Shown here: piece by piece, positions 1 through 7,643 of the stretch
Layout of the letters: each line of letters begins with the position of its first letter
Numbering within the stretch: position 1 is the stretch's first letter
Assembly (NCBI GenBank): GCA_041738615.1
Contig: JBGSPL010000001.1
Span: 226,164 to 290,163 of the forward strand
Source of the DNA: Patescibacteria group bacterium
GTDB lineage: Bacteria; Patescibacteriota; CPR2; UBA1875; CAIMLA01
Reading direction: 5' to 3'
DNA: 64,000 nucleotides
The notes under the pieces: generated by a model
Database searches by the model: none
The model's input: only the letters and a program-made list of their open reading frames with translations
What the model was told of the DNA's origin: nothing
Translations under genes and position numbers: made by a program

Positions 1-1055
1 ACCGTAAAGTTACCCAGATCATCTACCGGCATATAGAAATCAATTCCATGTTTTCTGGCTACGATATTATCTTCTACACCAAAAGCAGGGGCTGTATGCA
101 CTATACCTGTACCGTCGACAGTAGTTACGTGATCGCCATCTATGACCACAAATGCCTTTTTGGGGTTCCTGTAAAAGTTAAATACGGGCTTGTAGGCTAT
201 CCCGACAAGGTCTTTACCAATGAATTTATCAGTAACTCTAAAATCACCGAGTTCAGTTGCGTAGGACTCAAGTCTTTCGCTCGCGAGAATAAATTTACCA
301 CCCCCAGTTTCCACCTTCACATATTCAATCTTTGGTCCTACGGAAAGAGCAAGATTGCCAGGTAGAGTCCAAGGAGTTGTTGTCCAGGCAAGAAAATATG
401 TACTGGGTTCATCTACAAGCTCAAATTTGACCGTAACAGCCTTGTCGCGCTTGTCTTTGTAGCCTTGACCGACTTCAAAGTTTGATAGAGGGGTAGCACA
501 GCGTGGACAATATGGCATTACTTTATGTCCCTCATACGCTAAGTCCTTCTTGTGAAGCTCAGAAAAGGCCCACCAGACGCTTTCCATAAACTCTGGGTTC
601 ATTGTGAGGTACGCGTTTTCCATATCAATCCAGCGGCCAGTACGGGCAACTATCTTCTGCCACTCCTCAGCATAGTTAAGCACCTTAGAACGGCACAATT
701 CATTGAATTTATCGATACCCAGCTCTTCGACTTGATCCTTAGTTTTGATATCGAGTTCTTGCTCAACAATGTTTTCGATAGGTAGTCCGTGGGTGTCCCA
801 GCCCCAGATGCGTTCTACTCGGTAACCTTGCATCGATTTATAACGAGGTATCACGTCTTTAATTGTACCTGCAAGTAGATGTCCATAGTGAGGAAGTCCG
901 GTTGCAAAAGGAGGGCCATCATAAAAGGAGAACGATTTATCTTCGGATTTCTCAGAAACAGATTTCTCGAAAATATGATTATCGTTCCAGTATTTCAGGT
1001 TTGCGGTTTCTAGCTTTGGAAAATTTTGTTTCGGGTCTACCCTCTTCATTGCCAT
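1..1055 (-). CDS. ileS: isoleucyl-tRNA synthetase, N-terminal portion (gene continues beyond window start)
   Basis: Reverse-strand translation from ATG at 1055 gives MAMKRVDPKQNFPKLETANLKYWNDN...GPPFATGLPHYGHLL...WDTHGLPIE and continues with class I aaRS (IleRS) sequence to position 1. No stop falls inside the window, so it is absent from the ORF track. Confidence 0.85.
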   Translation of the reverse strand, partial: MAMKRVDPKQNFPKLETANLKYWNDNHIFEKSVSEKSEDKSFSFYDGPPFATGLPHYGHLLAGTIKDVIPRYKSMQGYRVERIWGWDTHGLPIENIVEQELDIKTKDQVEELGIDKFNELCRSKVLNYAEEWQKIVARTGRWIDMENAYLTMNPEFMESVWWAFSELHKKDLAYEGHKVMPYCPRCATPLSNFEVGQGYKDKRDKAVTVKFELVDEPSTYFLAWTTTPWTLPGNLALSVGPKIEYVKVETGGGKFILASERLESYATELGDFRVTDKFIGKDLVGIAYKPVFNFYRNPKKAFVVIDGDHVTTVDGTGIVHTAPAFGVEDNIVARKHGIDFYMPVDDLGNFT

Positions 1056-1066
1056 ACCTACTCCTA

Positions 1067-1262
1067 TACAACAAAAACCACACTGCCTCAGGTGCCCTCT
1101 CGGGCGGTACCAACCTGATTCTGTGTGGATACTTACTTACTGACATTACGCTGTCACGGCGCCGAGGTCTATTAGGCCGAAGCTGTTCTTCTCGGGGCTC
1201 GCGGGTGATAACCGCTCATTCGCCTTGTAGGTATTTTAGTACAAAAATCTATAAATTACTAC
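1067..1262 (-). promoter_or_regulatory. putative T-box riboswitch leader of ileS (Ile specifier AUC)
   Basis: Minus-strand leader contains a T-box-like sequence AAUCAGGUUGGUACCGCCCG (rc of 1101-1120). A short hairpin GCGG-UUAUCAC-CCGC (rc of 1201-1215) presents AUC followed by A. A hairpin CCACACAG...CAGUGUGG followed by UUUUUGUUG (rc of 1067-1128) lies just upstream of the SD UAGGAGUAGGU and the AUG. Confidence 0.5.
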
Positions 1263-1287
1263 CAGTTTAATGTAAAATACCCTGGCT

Positions 1288-2604
1288 ATGGAAACCAAGC
1301 TAAGTAAAAACGAAACCTACGAAGTTGTAATTGAAAAAATCGTTCCTGAGGGAAAGTCACTTGCTCACATCGAAGGCAAGGTTATTTTTGTTAATGGTGG
1401 CTTCCCTGGGGAAAGGGTCACTGTACAAATCTACAAGAACAAGAAGGGCTACTCAGAAGCCAGACTTGTTGAAATTTTAGAAGCCTCCAAGATACGAATT
1501 AAACCCCAAGAGGAGCACTATTTGATATGTTCTCCTTGGCAGGCAATCCCCTACGAGCAGCAAATCGTTTTCAAAAAAGAGATTCTGGATGAAGCCTTTA
1601 TGGCAAATGCAGGAACCAAATTAAAGTTAGACGAATTCTATGAGTCAAAAGAAGAGTATGGATACCGAACCAAGTTAGAGTTTAGCTTTACCGAAAACGC
1701 CGACGGTAAAATTGCACTCGCCTTTCACAAACGCGGAGTCAACAACGAGTACGAAATCATCGAAGGCTGCGAACTAGGCTCTGAAAGGATGAACCTCGCA
1801 GCCCAGAAGATTACAGCACTTCTGAATACCACTCCAGGAGTTGTAGCCAAGGGGCTAAAGAGCTTGGTGATTCGCGAGAGCAAAACTACCGGGAAAATCA
1901 TTGCCGTCCTCTACTATAAATTTAAAGAGTTTGAGATAGGAATTAGACTAGCCGACCTTGGTGGCTCGGTGGATAGCTTATTTATTGCCTACTCTACAAT
2001 CAAGTCTCCAATGTCTGTTATCACTGAGCTCAAACACTCAGAAGGTGAGGAATACCTTGAGGAAAAGGTTCTTACGGCTTCTATTCGTTACCCATACGAC
2101 GGTTTCTTCCAAAATAACCTGCCGGTATTCGAGAAAGCTCTAGAAGAAATTCGTAATGCCTCTTACGAGTGCAAGAAAATCGTCGAGATCTACAGTGGGA
2201 CGGGTTCCATCGGGTTCAATCTAGCCGACATGGCAGAGGAACTGGTAGGTATAGAAATTGTACCTTCTGCGGTGCGTTACGCGGGTGTAAACAAGGACCT
2301 AAACAAAATAACCAACTATTCGGAGATCGAGTTACCCGACCACAAGATTCAAACTGAGCATCTCGCAGGCACTGATATTTTGATTTTGGACCCGCCAAGA
2401 GCCGGGGTGCACCCCAAGACGCTCAGGCATATTCTTGAAGCTAAACCAAAACGGATTATCTACCTTTCTTGCAATCCAGTGACCCAAGCTCGAGACTTCA
2501 AAGAGCTAAAAGAACTTTACAATCTTTCTAGGGTTTGCGCTTTCGACTTTTACCCAAATACCCTACATATGGAGTCTCTGGTTATTTTAGACATCAAGGA
2601 TTGA
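1288..2604 (+). CDS. 23S rRNA (uracil-5-)-methyltransferase, RumA/RlmD family (TRAM plus SAM-MTase)
   Basis: 438 aa. N-terminal TRAM-like region (KSLAHIEGKVIFVNGGFPGERV). C-terminal SAM methyltransferase motifs (ILILDPPRAGVHPKTL, IIYLSCNPVTQARD). Confidence 0.75.
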   Translation: METKLSKNETYEVVIEKIVPEGKSLAHIEGKVIFVNGGFPGERVTVQIYKNKKGYSEARLVEILEASKIRIKPQEEHYLICSPWQAIPYEQQIVFKKEILDEAFMANAGTKLKLDEFYESKEEYGYRTKLEFSFTENADGKIALAFHKRGVNNEYEIIEGCELGSERMNLAAQKITALLNTTPGVVAKGLKSLVIRESKTTGKIIAVLYYKFKEFEIGIRLADLGGSVDSLFIAYSTIKSPMSVITELKHSEGEEYLEEKVLTASIRYPYDGFFQNNLPVFEKALEEIRNASYECKKIVEIYSGTGSIGFNLADMAEELVGIEIVPSAVRYAGVNKDLNKITNYSEIELPDHKIQTEHLAGTDILILDPPRAGVHPKTLRHILEAKPKRIIYLSCNPVTQARDFKELKELYNLSRVCAFDFYPNTLHMESLVILDIKD

Positions 2605-2636
2605 GTACGTTTGTATAAACTATTTGCTCAAAGGCT

Positions 2637-2894
2637 TCAAAGTAATTTCGAAACCACCGCAATTAGAATTTCTATTATGAAATAGATCACCAGCGGGGAA
2701 AGGTCAATTACTCCACCAAGTGGTGGGATAACCTTTCTTAACGGTGCCAGAATCGGCTCTGTGGCATTGAAGACGAAAAGCCGAAGACGCATTAGGCTCG
2801 CTGGTAGGAAGCTGAGGATTATTCTTGCAAAGAGCAGAGCAAGAAGTGCGTTTGAAAGCAAATATAGGAAGTTAAGGACGTACTCCTTATACAT
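2637..2894 (-). CDS. YggT-family small membrane protein
   Basis: 85 aa, two hydrophobic segments. The GGVIDLSPLVIYFIIEIL motif is typical of YggT/Ycf19. Confidence 0.55.
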   Translation of the reverse strand: MYKEYVLNFLYLLSNALLALLFARIILSFLPASLMRLRLFVFNATEPILAPLRKVIPPLGGVIDLSPLVIYFIIEILIAVVSKLL

Positions 2895-3147
2895 TTCCTG
2901 CCTTGTATCTCACTTCAGAAAGCGCGGGCACACTCCCCTGCCAGAGCTCGATGTAAACTCCATTGTCGGTAGTTACAAGTACTGCGGGCGCGCTGTAAAT
3001 GTCATAAAGCTCTATCAGTCCCTGTGAATCCTCTGCTTCCCATTCCAGCTGAGTCACCAAGTACCCTTCAGCAGATAGATCCTCGCCAAGCCGCGTTGCC
3101 TCTCGGCTTTCTGGGCTTTCATCTCTTGTTAGTATACTCACTTTCAT
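2887..3147 (-). CDS. small hypothetical protein (thioredoxin-like fold suspected, no CXXC)
   Basis: 86-aa ORF. Its start overlaps the glmS stop (ATGA at 3147-3150). No recognisable catalytic motif. Confidence 0.35.
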   Translation of the reverse strand: MKVSILTRDESPESREATRLGEDLSAEGYLVTQLEWEAEDSQGLIELYDIYSAPAVLVTTDNGVYIELWQGSVPALSEVRYKAGNV

Positions 3148-3149
3148 CG

Positions 3150-4973
3150 TTACTCCACCGTTACACTTTTGGCCAAATTTCTTGGCTTATCTACATCCAA
3201 TCCCTTAGCTACCGCAACATAGTATGCAAAGAGCTGGAGCGGTGCTACGGCGAGCAGCGGTGTTAGCATTTCGAGCGTCTTTGGGATATAGATTACATCG
3301 TCAGCCACTCTAGCTGCTTCTTGTGCTCCTTCTGTTGTAATTGCTATTACCCTACCGCTGCGGGCCTTAATCTCTTCGACATTAGAGATGTTTTTCTCGT
3401 AAACGCTGTCCTCTGGAATGATAGCAAAGGTCGGAAAATCTTTGTCGATTAGAGCTATCGGTCCATGCTTCATCTCCCCAGAAGCATAACCCTCGGCATG
3501 GATATACGAAATCTCTTTAAGCTTCAGGGCACCCTCTTCTGCGAGAGGGAAGCAATACTTGCGTCCGAGGTACATAAAGTGGTCGTAATCTTTGTACTTA
3601 AGAGCCAACTTCTCAATTTGCTTCGTGTTCTTGAGTACTGCGCTGAGCAGCTCTGGCAGCTCTAAAAGCTCGGTGAGAATTTTGTTACCCATCACCTGGC
3701 TCATTCCGCGCTGTCTGCCGAGCATCACGGCAATGAGGACCATTACGGTGAGCTGCGAAGTAAATGCCTTTGTTGATGCGACAGCTATCTCGGGGCCGGC
3801 ATGGTTGTAGACACCGGCATCTGTCTCGCGTGCAATGGTGGAACCTACTGCATTTACGATACCTAGAGTTAGAGCACCTTTCTTCTTCGCCTCTCTAATT
3901 GCCGCTAATGTGTCCACAGTTTCGCCAGATTGACTAACCGCAAGCACAATTGTGCGTTCGTTAATTATAGGTTTTCGATAGCGAAATTCGGAGGCATACT
4001 CCACTTCCACGGGGATACCGGCATATTCTTCAAAGATGTATTCCCCCACCATTCCTGCATAACGTGCTGTACCACAGGCAATAATGATAATTCGATCTAT
4101 ATCCCGCAGTCTTTCGCGAACATCTTCGAGTCCACCGAGCTTTACGTCGCCTTCCTCAAGTAGGATCCTGCCTCTTGTGGAGTTTTTGATTACCTCTGGC
4201 TGTTCCATAATCTCCTTGAGCATGAAATGGTCGTATCCACCGCGCTCGGACTCCTCGAGTGTCCATTCAATCTCGGACAAACTCCCGTCTATTGGGTTCT
4301 TCTCTGTGTCATAGAGCTTATAGCCATCTTTGTTGATGTCCACGATCTCGCCGTCGTTTAAGTAGATCACCTTATTGGTGTGCCCGACAAAAGCGGAGGC
4401 ATCAGAGGCCACGAAGAACTCATTGGCACCAACACCGAAGATCAACGGACTTCCCATCCTCGCCGCCACAATCCGCTCTGGTTCATCAGCGTGGATTACT
4501 GCAATACCGTATGCGCCCCTAACTTCCAAAAGCGCTGCTTGGACTGCCTCGAGCAAATCACCGGAGTACAGTTTCCCGATAAGGTGAGCTAGCACCTCTG
4601 TATCAGTTTCTGACTTGAAATGATGCCCTTCAGCAAGCAACTGCTGCTTGATCTCTTGATAATTCTCAATGATACCGTTGTGAACAAGCGCAATCTTCCC
4701 GTCCTCTGACAGATGAGGATGAGCATTACCTTCTGTCGGTTCCCCATGGGTAGCCCAGCGTGTATGACTAATCCCTACGGTGGCCTTACCCCCTGTCTTC
4801 AGCTTCTTTTCGAGCTCCGCGATTCTGCCCACTGCCCTTACCACCCTGACTTCGCCCGATTCTACGACTGCTATACCGGCCGAATCATAACCCCTGTATT
4901 CCAGCCTCTTTAATCCTTCGAGTAATATATCGTTAACGTTCTTTCTCCCGACATAACCGACAATACCGCACAT
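3150..4973 (-). CDS. glmS: glutamine--fructose-6-phosphate aminotransferase
   Basis: 607 aa starting MCGIVGYVG (Ntn amidotransferase Cys1). Two SIS domains. C-terminus ...KPRNLAKSVTVE. Confidence 0.95.
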   Translation of the reverse strand: MCGIVGYVGRKNVNDILLEGLKRLEYRGYDSAGIAVVESGEVRVVRAVGRIAELEKKLKTGGKATVGISHTRWATHGEPTEGNAHPHLSEDGKIALVHNGIIENYQEIKQQLLAEGHHFKSETDTEVLAHLIGKLYSGDLLEAVQAALLEVRGAYGIAVIHADEPERIVAARMGSPLIFGVGANEFFVASDASAFVGHTNKVIYLNDGEIVDINKDGYKLYDTEKNPIDGSLSEIEWTLEESERGGYDHFMLKEIMEQPEVIKNSTRGRILLEEGDVKLGGLEDVRERLRDIDRIIIIACGTARYAGMVGEYIFEEYAGIPVEVEYASEFRYRKPIINERTIVLAVSQSGETVDTLAAIREAKKKGALTLGIVNAVGSTIARETDAGVYNHAGPEIAVASTKAFTSQLTVMVLIAVMLGRQRGMSQVMGNKILTELLELPELLSAVLKNTKQIEKLALKYKDYDHFMYLGRKYCFPLAEEGALKLKEISYIHAEGYASGEMKHGPIALIDKDFPTFAIIPEDSVYEKNISNVEEIKARSGRVIAITTEGAQEAARVADDVIYIPKTLEMLTPLLAVAPLQLFAYYVAVAKGLDVDKPRNLAKSVTVE

Positions 4974-4995
4974 CTTTGGCTCCTTATTACAACTT

Positions 4996-5032
4996 TTATT
5001 CTAACACAAAAGGAGCGCTCTTTTTAAGCGCT
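4996..5032 (-). terminator. intrinsic terminator hairpin between the DUF4097-like gene and glmS
   Basis: AAGGAGCGCU-UAAAAAG-AGCGCUCCUU stem-loop. On the minus strand it is followed by UUGUGUUAGAAUAAAAGUUG. Confidence 0.5.
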
Positions 5033-5041
5033 CCTTGGTAG

Positions 5042-5977
5042 TTAATACGTGGCGATTTCCAAATTCGTAAGTCCTGATCTTAATGTAATGTCATATTTGG
5101 AAAGACTAGACTCATAGTTGGCACTTTTCTTTTCCATCTCCCCGTTTACAACCTGGGAACCGCCAGGAAAGCTAATGTTGGTAAGACCGCTATTCGAGAC
5201 TGCCCTGTACCCCACATCCTTAGGAACCAGGAGTTTGTAATTTGAAGCGCCACTTTCAATCTCTATCTTGTGAGCGCCATTTTCGGACCCCAGTCTGATC
5301 TGCGAGTTCACAGCTCCGGACTTGACTACTAACTTTTCTAATCTGGCTTTACTAAAATCGAGTTTTTCATTTGCAGCACCGCTGCGCAAAGTAACCGTTA
5401 GGGGCAAATTTCGATTGACTAAGATTTTTACGCTCCGTTTGGATACGTTCCTCGGTATTACAAGAGGGTCAAAGTCTGCCCTTCTGCTGCCCTTATCAAT
5501 TTCTGAGATTACTAACTTTGCCACTCCATCGGTAATGTCCCTACTTACACTGATGCTACCAGTCAAGTTTCTACCCTCGACAAAAACATCGTCAACTAAG
5601 CTTTGCTCTTCTGTCATCTCGTGGACATCCAGAGCCACTGCGCCGGTGTCCACAGTGAGTTCAATTCTTTTTTCGAGAGCTTCCAATCTCGTCTGAGTAG
5701 TTTGTACGGTGTCCTTTTGATTGGTACCCACCAAGCCCAGCTGTGAAGGTTGGTACAAGGCGGCTGCAAAAGTTCCTACTAGGACCAAAAAGCCAACCGC
5801 GGCAAAAACCCAGCGGTCTTTGAGGATGAAATTTAAACCGAGAAGGATTAATGCCACTGGCCAAAGAGTAATTAGCACAACTAGTGCGCTCTCTGATACA
5901 TAGCCACCTGAGACAGCCAGGTATGTGCATCCTAGTAATATCCAGAAAATTCCCCAGAGAAGTCTTCCTGATTTCAT
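5042..5977 (-). CDS. membrane protein with DUF4097/LiaG-like putative adhesin beta-strand domain
   Basis: 311 aa. N-terminal TM helices (LLWGIFWILLGCTYLAV, VVLITLWPVALILLGL). C-terminal repetitive beta-rich region (VTLRSGAANEKLDF...GSENGAHKIEIESGASNYKLLV). Confidence 0.6.
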   Translation of the reverse strand: MKSGRLLWGIFWILLGCTYLAVSGGYVSESALVVLITLWPVALILLGLNFILKDRWVFAAVGFLVLVGTFAAALYQPSQLGLVGTNQKDTVQTTQTRLEALEKRIELTVDTGAVALDVHEMTEEQSLVDDVFVEGRNLTGSISVSRDITDGVAKLVISEIDKGSRRADFDPLVIPRNVSKRSVKILVNRNLPLTVTLRSGAANEKLDFSKARLEKLVVKSGAVNSQIRLGSENGAHKIEIESGASNYKLLVPKDVGYRAVSNSGLTNISFPGGSQVVNGEMEKKSANYESSLSKYDITLRSGLTNLEIATY

Positions 5978-5985
5978 AAACGCTC

Positions 5986-6216
5986 CTACCTGTTAAAACT
6001 CCTAAGCACGAGGGACAAGCCAAGAACTATCAAGACGCCTGGCCAGAAGTACTGCCAAAGATTTATATCCACAAATGACTCTGCGACGAGTATGCCCCCT
6101 ATAGAGATAAGGACAAGGCCCCAAAAGACGCCCCCCCGGTCACTTTTCCGTTCGATACGAAAGTTGCTCTCTCCTACGACTTCTGCTTCTACTGTTTCCG
6201 TTTTTTTTGTAGCCAT
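5986..6216 (-). CDS. small LiaF/LiaI-like membrane protein
   Basis: 76 aa, two TM segments (GGVFWGLVLISIGGILV, WPGVLIVLGLSLVL). Lies between the PspC gene and the DUF4097 gene with 8-9 bp spacing. Confidence 0.5.
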   Translation of the reverse strand: MATKKTETVEAEVVGESNFRIERKSDRGGVFWGLVLISIGGILVAESFVDINLWQYFWPGVLIVLGLSLVLRSFNR

Positions 6217-6225
6217 GCAGTCCTC

Positions 6226-6672
6226 CTATTTCTTTTTTAATGAGTTTGCCAAAATAACTGCCCCGATAAGGATTATCCCTACTGGCCAAATAAATCTTGC
6301 GATTGAAACGCCCAGAATAGTTCGCACTAGAAGCAAGGTGCCAAGTAGCAATATCAGGACTCCGACCCAAGCGGCCACGTCATTATTTTCGACTTGAATA
6401 CCTTTTGCGGCGTTCTTTATATCTGACGCCACCCTATCTGCTTGCGCCTTGATCTCATCTGCGCCAGTCGCTCCATTTTTGCATTTAGGATCCTGCGGTA
6501 TTAGCAACCAGGCAGCAACATACGCTAGAAAACCAAATCCCGTCGTCAGAATAACGAGTGCAAAAATTAGACGAGTTAGCGACGGGTCAAAGTCATAATA
6601 TTCAGCGACTCCTGCTGCCACCCCACCCAAAACTTTATTGTCGCAAGATCTGTATAATGTTTTTGTAGCCAT
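6226..6672 (-). CDS. PspC-domain envelope stress protein
   Basis: 148 aa. N-terminal PspC motif RSCDNKVLGGVAAGVAEYYDFDPSLTRLIFALV, followed by a TM helix. Confidence 0.7.
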   Translation of the reverse strand: MATKTLYRSCDNKVLGGVAAGVAEYYDFDPSLTRLIFALVILTTGFGFLAYVAAWLLIPQDPKCKNGATGADEIKAQADRVASDIKNAAKGIQVENNDVAAWVGVLILLLGTLLLVRTILGVSIARFIWPVGIILIGAVILANSLKKK

Positions 6673-6750
6673 ATATCCAAGCTCCTTATTTATCTTTGTG
6701 TAGCTATATTATACACCCTATCCCAAGTTATCGTGAACAACCACCTTGGT
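6673..6750 (-). promoter_or_regulatory. putative extended -10 promoter of the pspC-like operon
   Basis: Minus strand GGTGTATAAT (TGn plus TATAAT), 24 nt upstream of the pspC ATG. The -35 is weak (TTCACG). Confidence 0.35.
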
Positions 6751-7422
6751 GACATATCTTTCCATGATCTTGGCGATCTCTCCGAGTTCCTCTAACGTGA
6801 AAGCTTGCTTCGTCTCTAGGTTTTTATCATAAGTGATTTTGGAGCGAAACCCCTGCACTGTGTAACGCTTTGCGCCGCGCAGTAGTTCACCAACTTTGTG
6901 GAAATCCGATATCTCGTGGTAGTGAGGCAAGACGGTAGTTCGGAAATCGTAATCGATACCAGAGTTCATAATCAGTGAGATACTTCGTTTGATGCCAGAG
7001 GTACTTTTGTATCCACAAATCTTTTCATAACTTTCAAGTGGCCCCTTGATGTCCATAGCGATGTAGTCTACCAAGTTCTCAGAAATCGCAGATTTTAACA
7101 TATCTGGATTGGAACCGTTTGTATCCAGCTTTACCAGTAGCCCCTTGTCTTTGATCTTCCGCATAAACTCGAGTAGGTCGGGTTGGAGCATCGGCTCACC
7201 TCCCGTAATCACCACTCCGTCTAGCTTCCCTGCCCTCTTATCTAAAAGGTCGAGTATTTGCTGCTCCGGGTACTCGTTGCTCCTCGCAGCCCACTCGATA
7301 GGGATCAGATCCGGATTATGGCAAAACCCACAACGAAAGTTGCAGCCCTGTGTGAACACAACGGCTGCAACTTTGCCGGGGTAGTCAATAAGACTTGTTT
7401 TGACTAATCCCGCGATTTTCAT
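6718..7422 (-). CDS. nrdG: anaerobic ribonucleoside-triphosphate reductase activating protein (radical SAM)
   Basis: 234 aa with GCNFRCGFCHN (CxxxCxxC radical-SAM motif). Confidence 0.9.
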   Translation of the reverse strand: MKIAGLVKTSLIDYPGKVAAVVFTQGCNFRCGFCHNPDLIPIEWAARSNEYPEQQILDLLDKRAGKLDGVVITGGEPMLQPDLLEFMRKIKDKGLLVKLDTNGSNPDMLKSAISENLVDYIAMDIKGPLESYEKICGYKSTSGIKRSISLIMNSGIDYDFRTTVLPHYHEISDFHKVGELLRGAKRYTVQGFRSKITYDKNLETKQAFTLEELGEIAKIMERYVTKVVVHDNLG

Positions 7423-7431
7423 TTACTCACC

Positions 7432-7590
7432 ACATCCGCAAGTGCGGAATTCTACGCGGTCAGCGTACTCGGCCTGTTTGCCCTCGTTCCACTGATTTAC
7501 CGGGCGGATATAACCGACTACTCGAGAGTAGACTTCACATTTTGTTCTTCCGGCCTGAGCTGTTGCCTCTGTTGGTGTCATAATGTCCTC
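7432..7590 (-). CDS. stand-alone glycyl-radical segment of class III RNR (NrdD C-terminal module)
   Basis: 52-aa ORF MTPTEATAQAGRTKCEVYSRVVGYIRPVNQWNEGKQAEYADRVEFRTCGCGE. It carries the NrdD glycyl-radical consensus (RVVGY...WN.GK..E...R). Its own SD AAAGGAGG lies 7 nt upstream. Too short for the ORF track. Confidence 0.6.
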
Positions 7591-7643
7591 CTTTTTACCC
7601 GTCCGTAGCCTTGGCGCGAGCGGGTTGTTTTTGTTATCTAATG

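Noticed and set aside
48-1270. Plus-strand ORFs 48-365, 552-785, 863-1270
   Set aside because: They lie antisense within the clearly homologous ileS coding region, or within its leader. They have no SD or motifs.
4974-5041. Possible glmS ribozyme upstream of glmS
   Set aside because: The leader is only about 65 nt and consists of a simple terminator hairpin plus promoter. No glmS ribozyme core is present.
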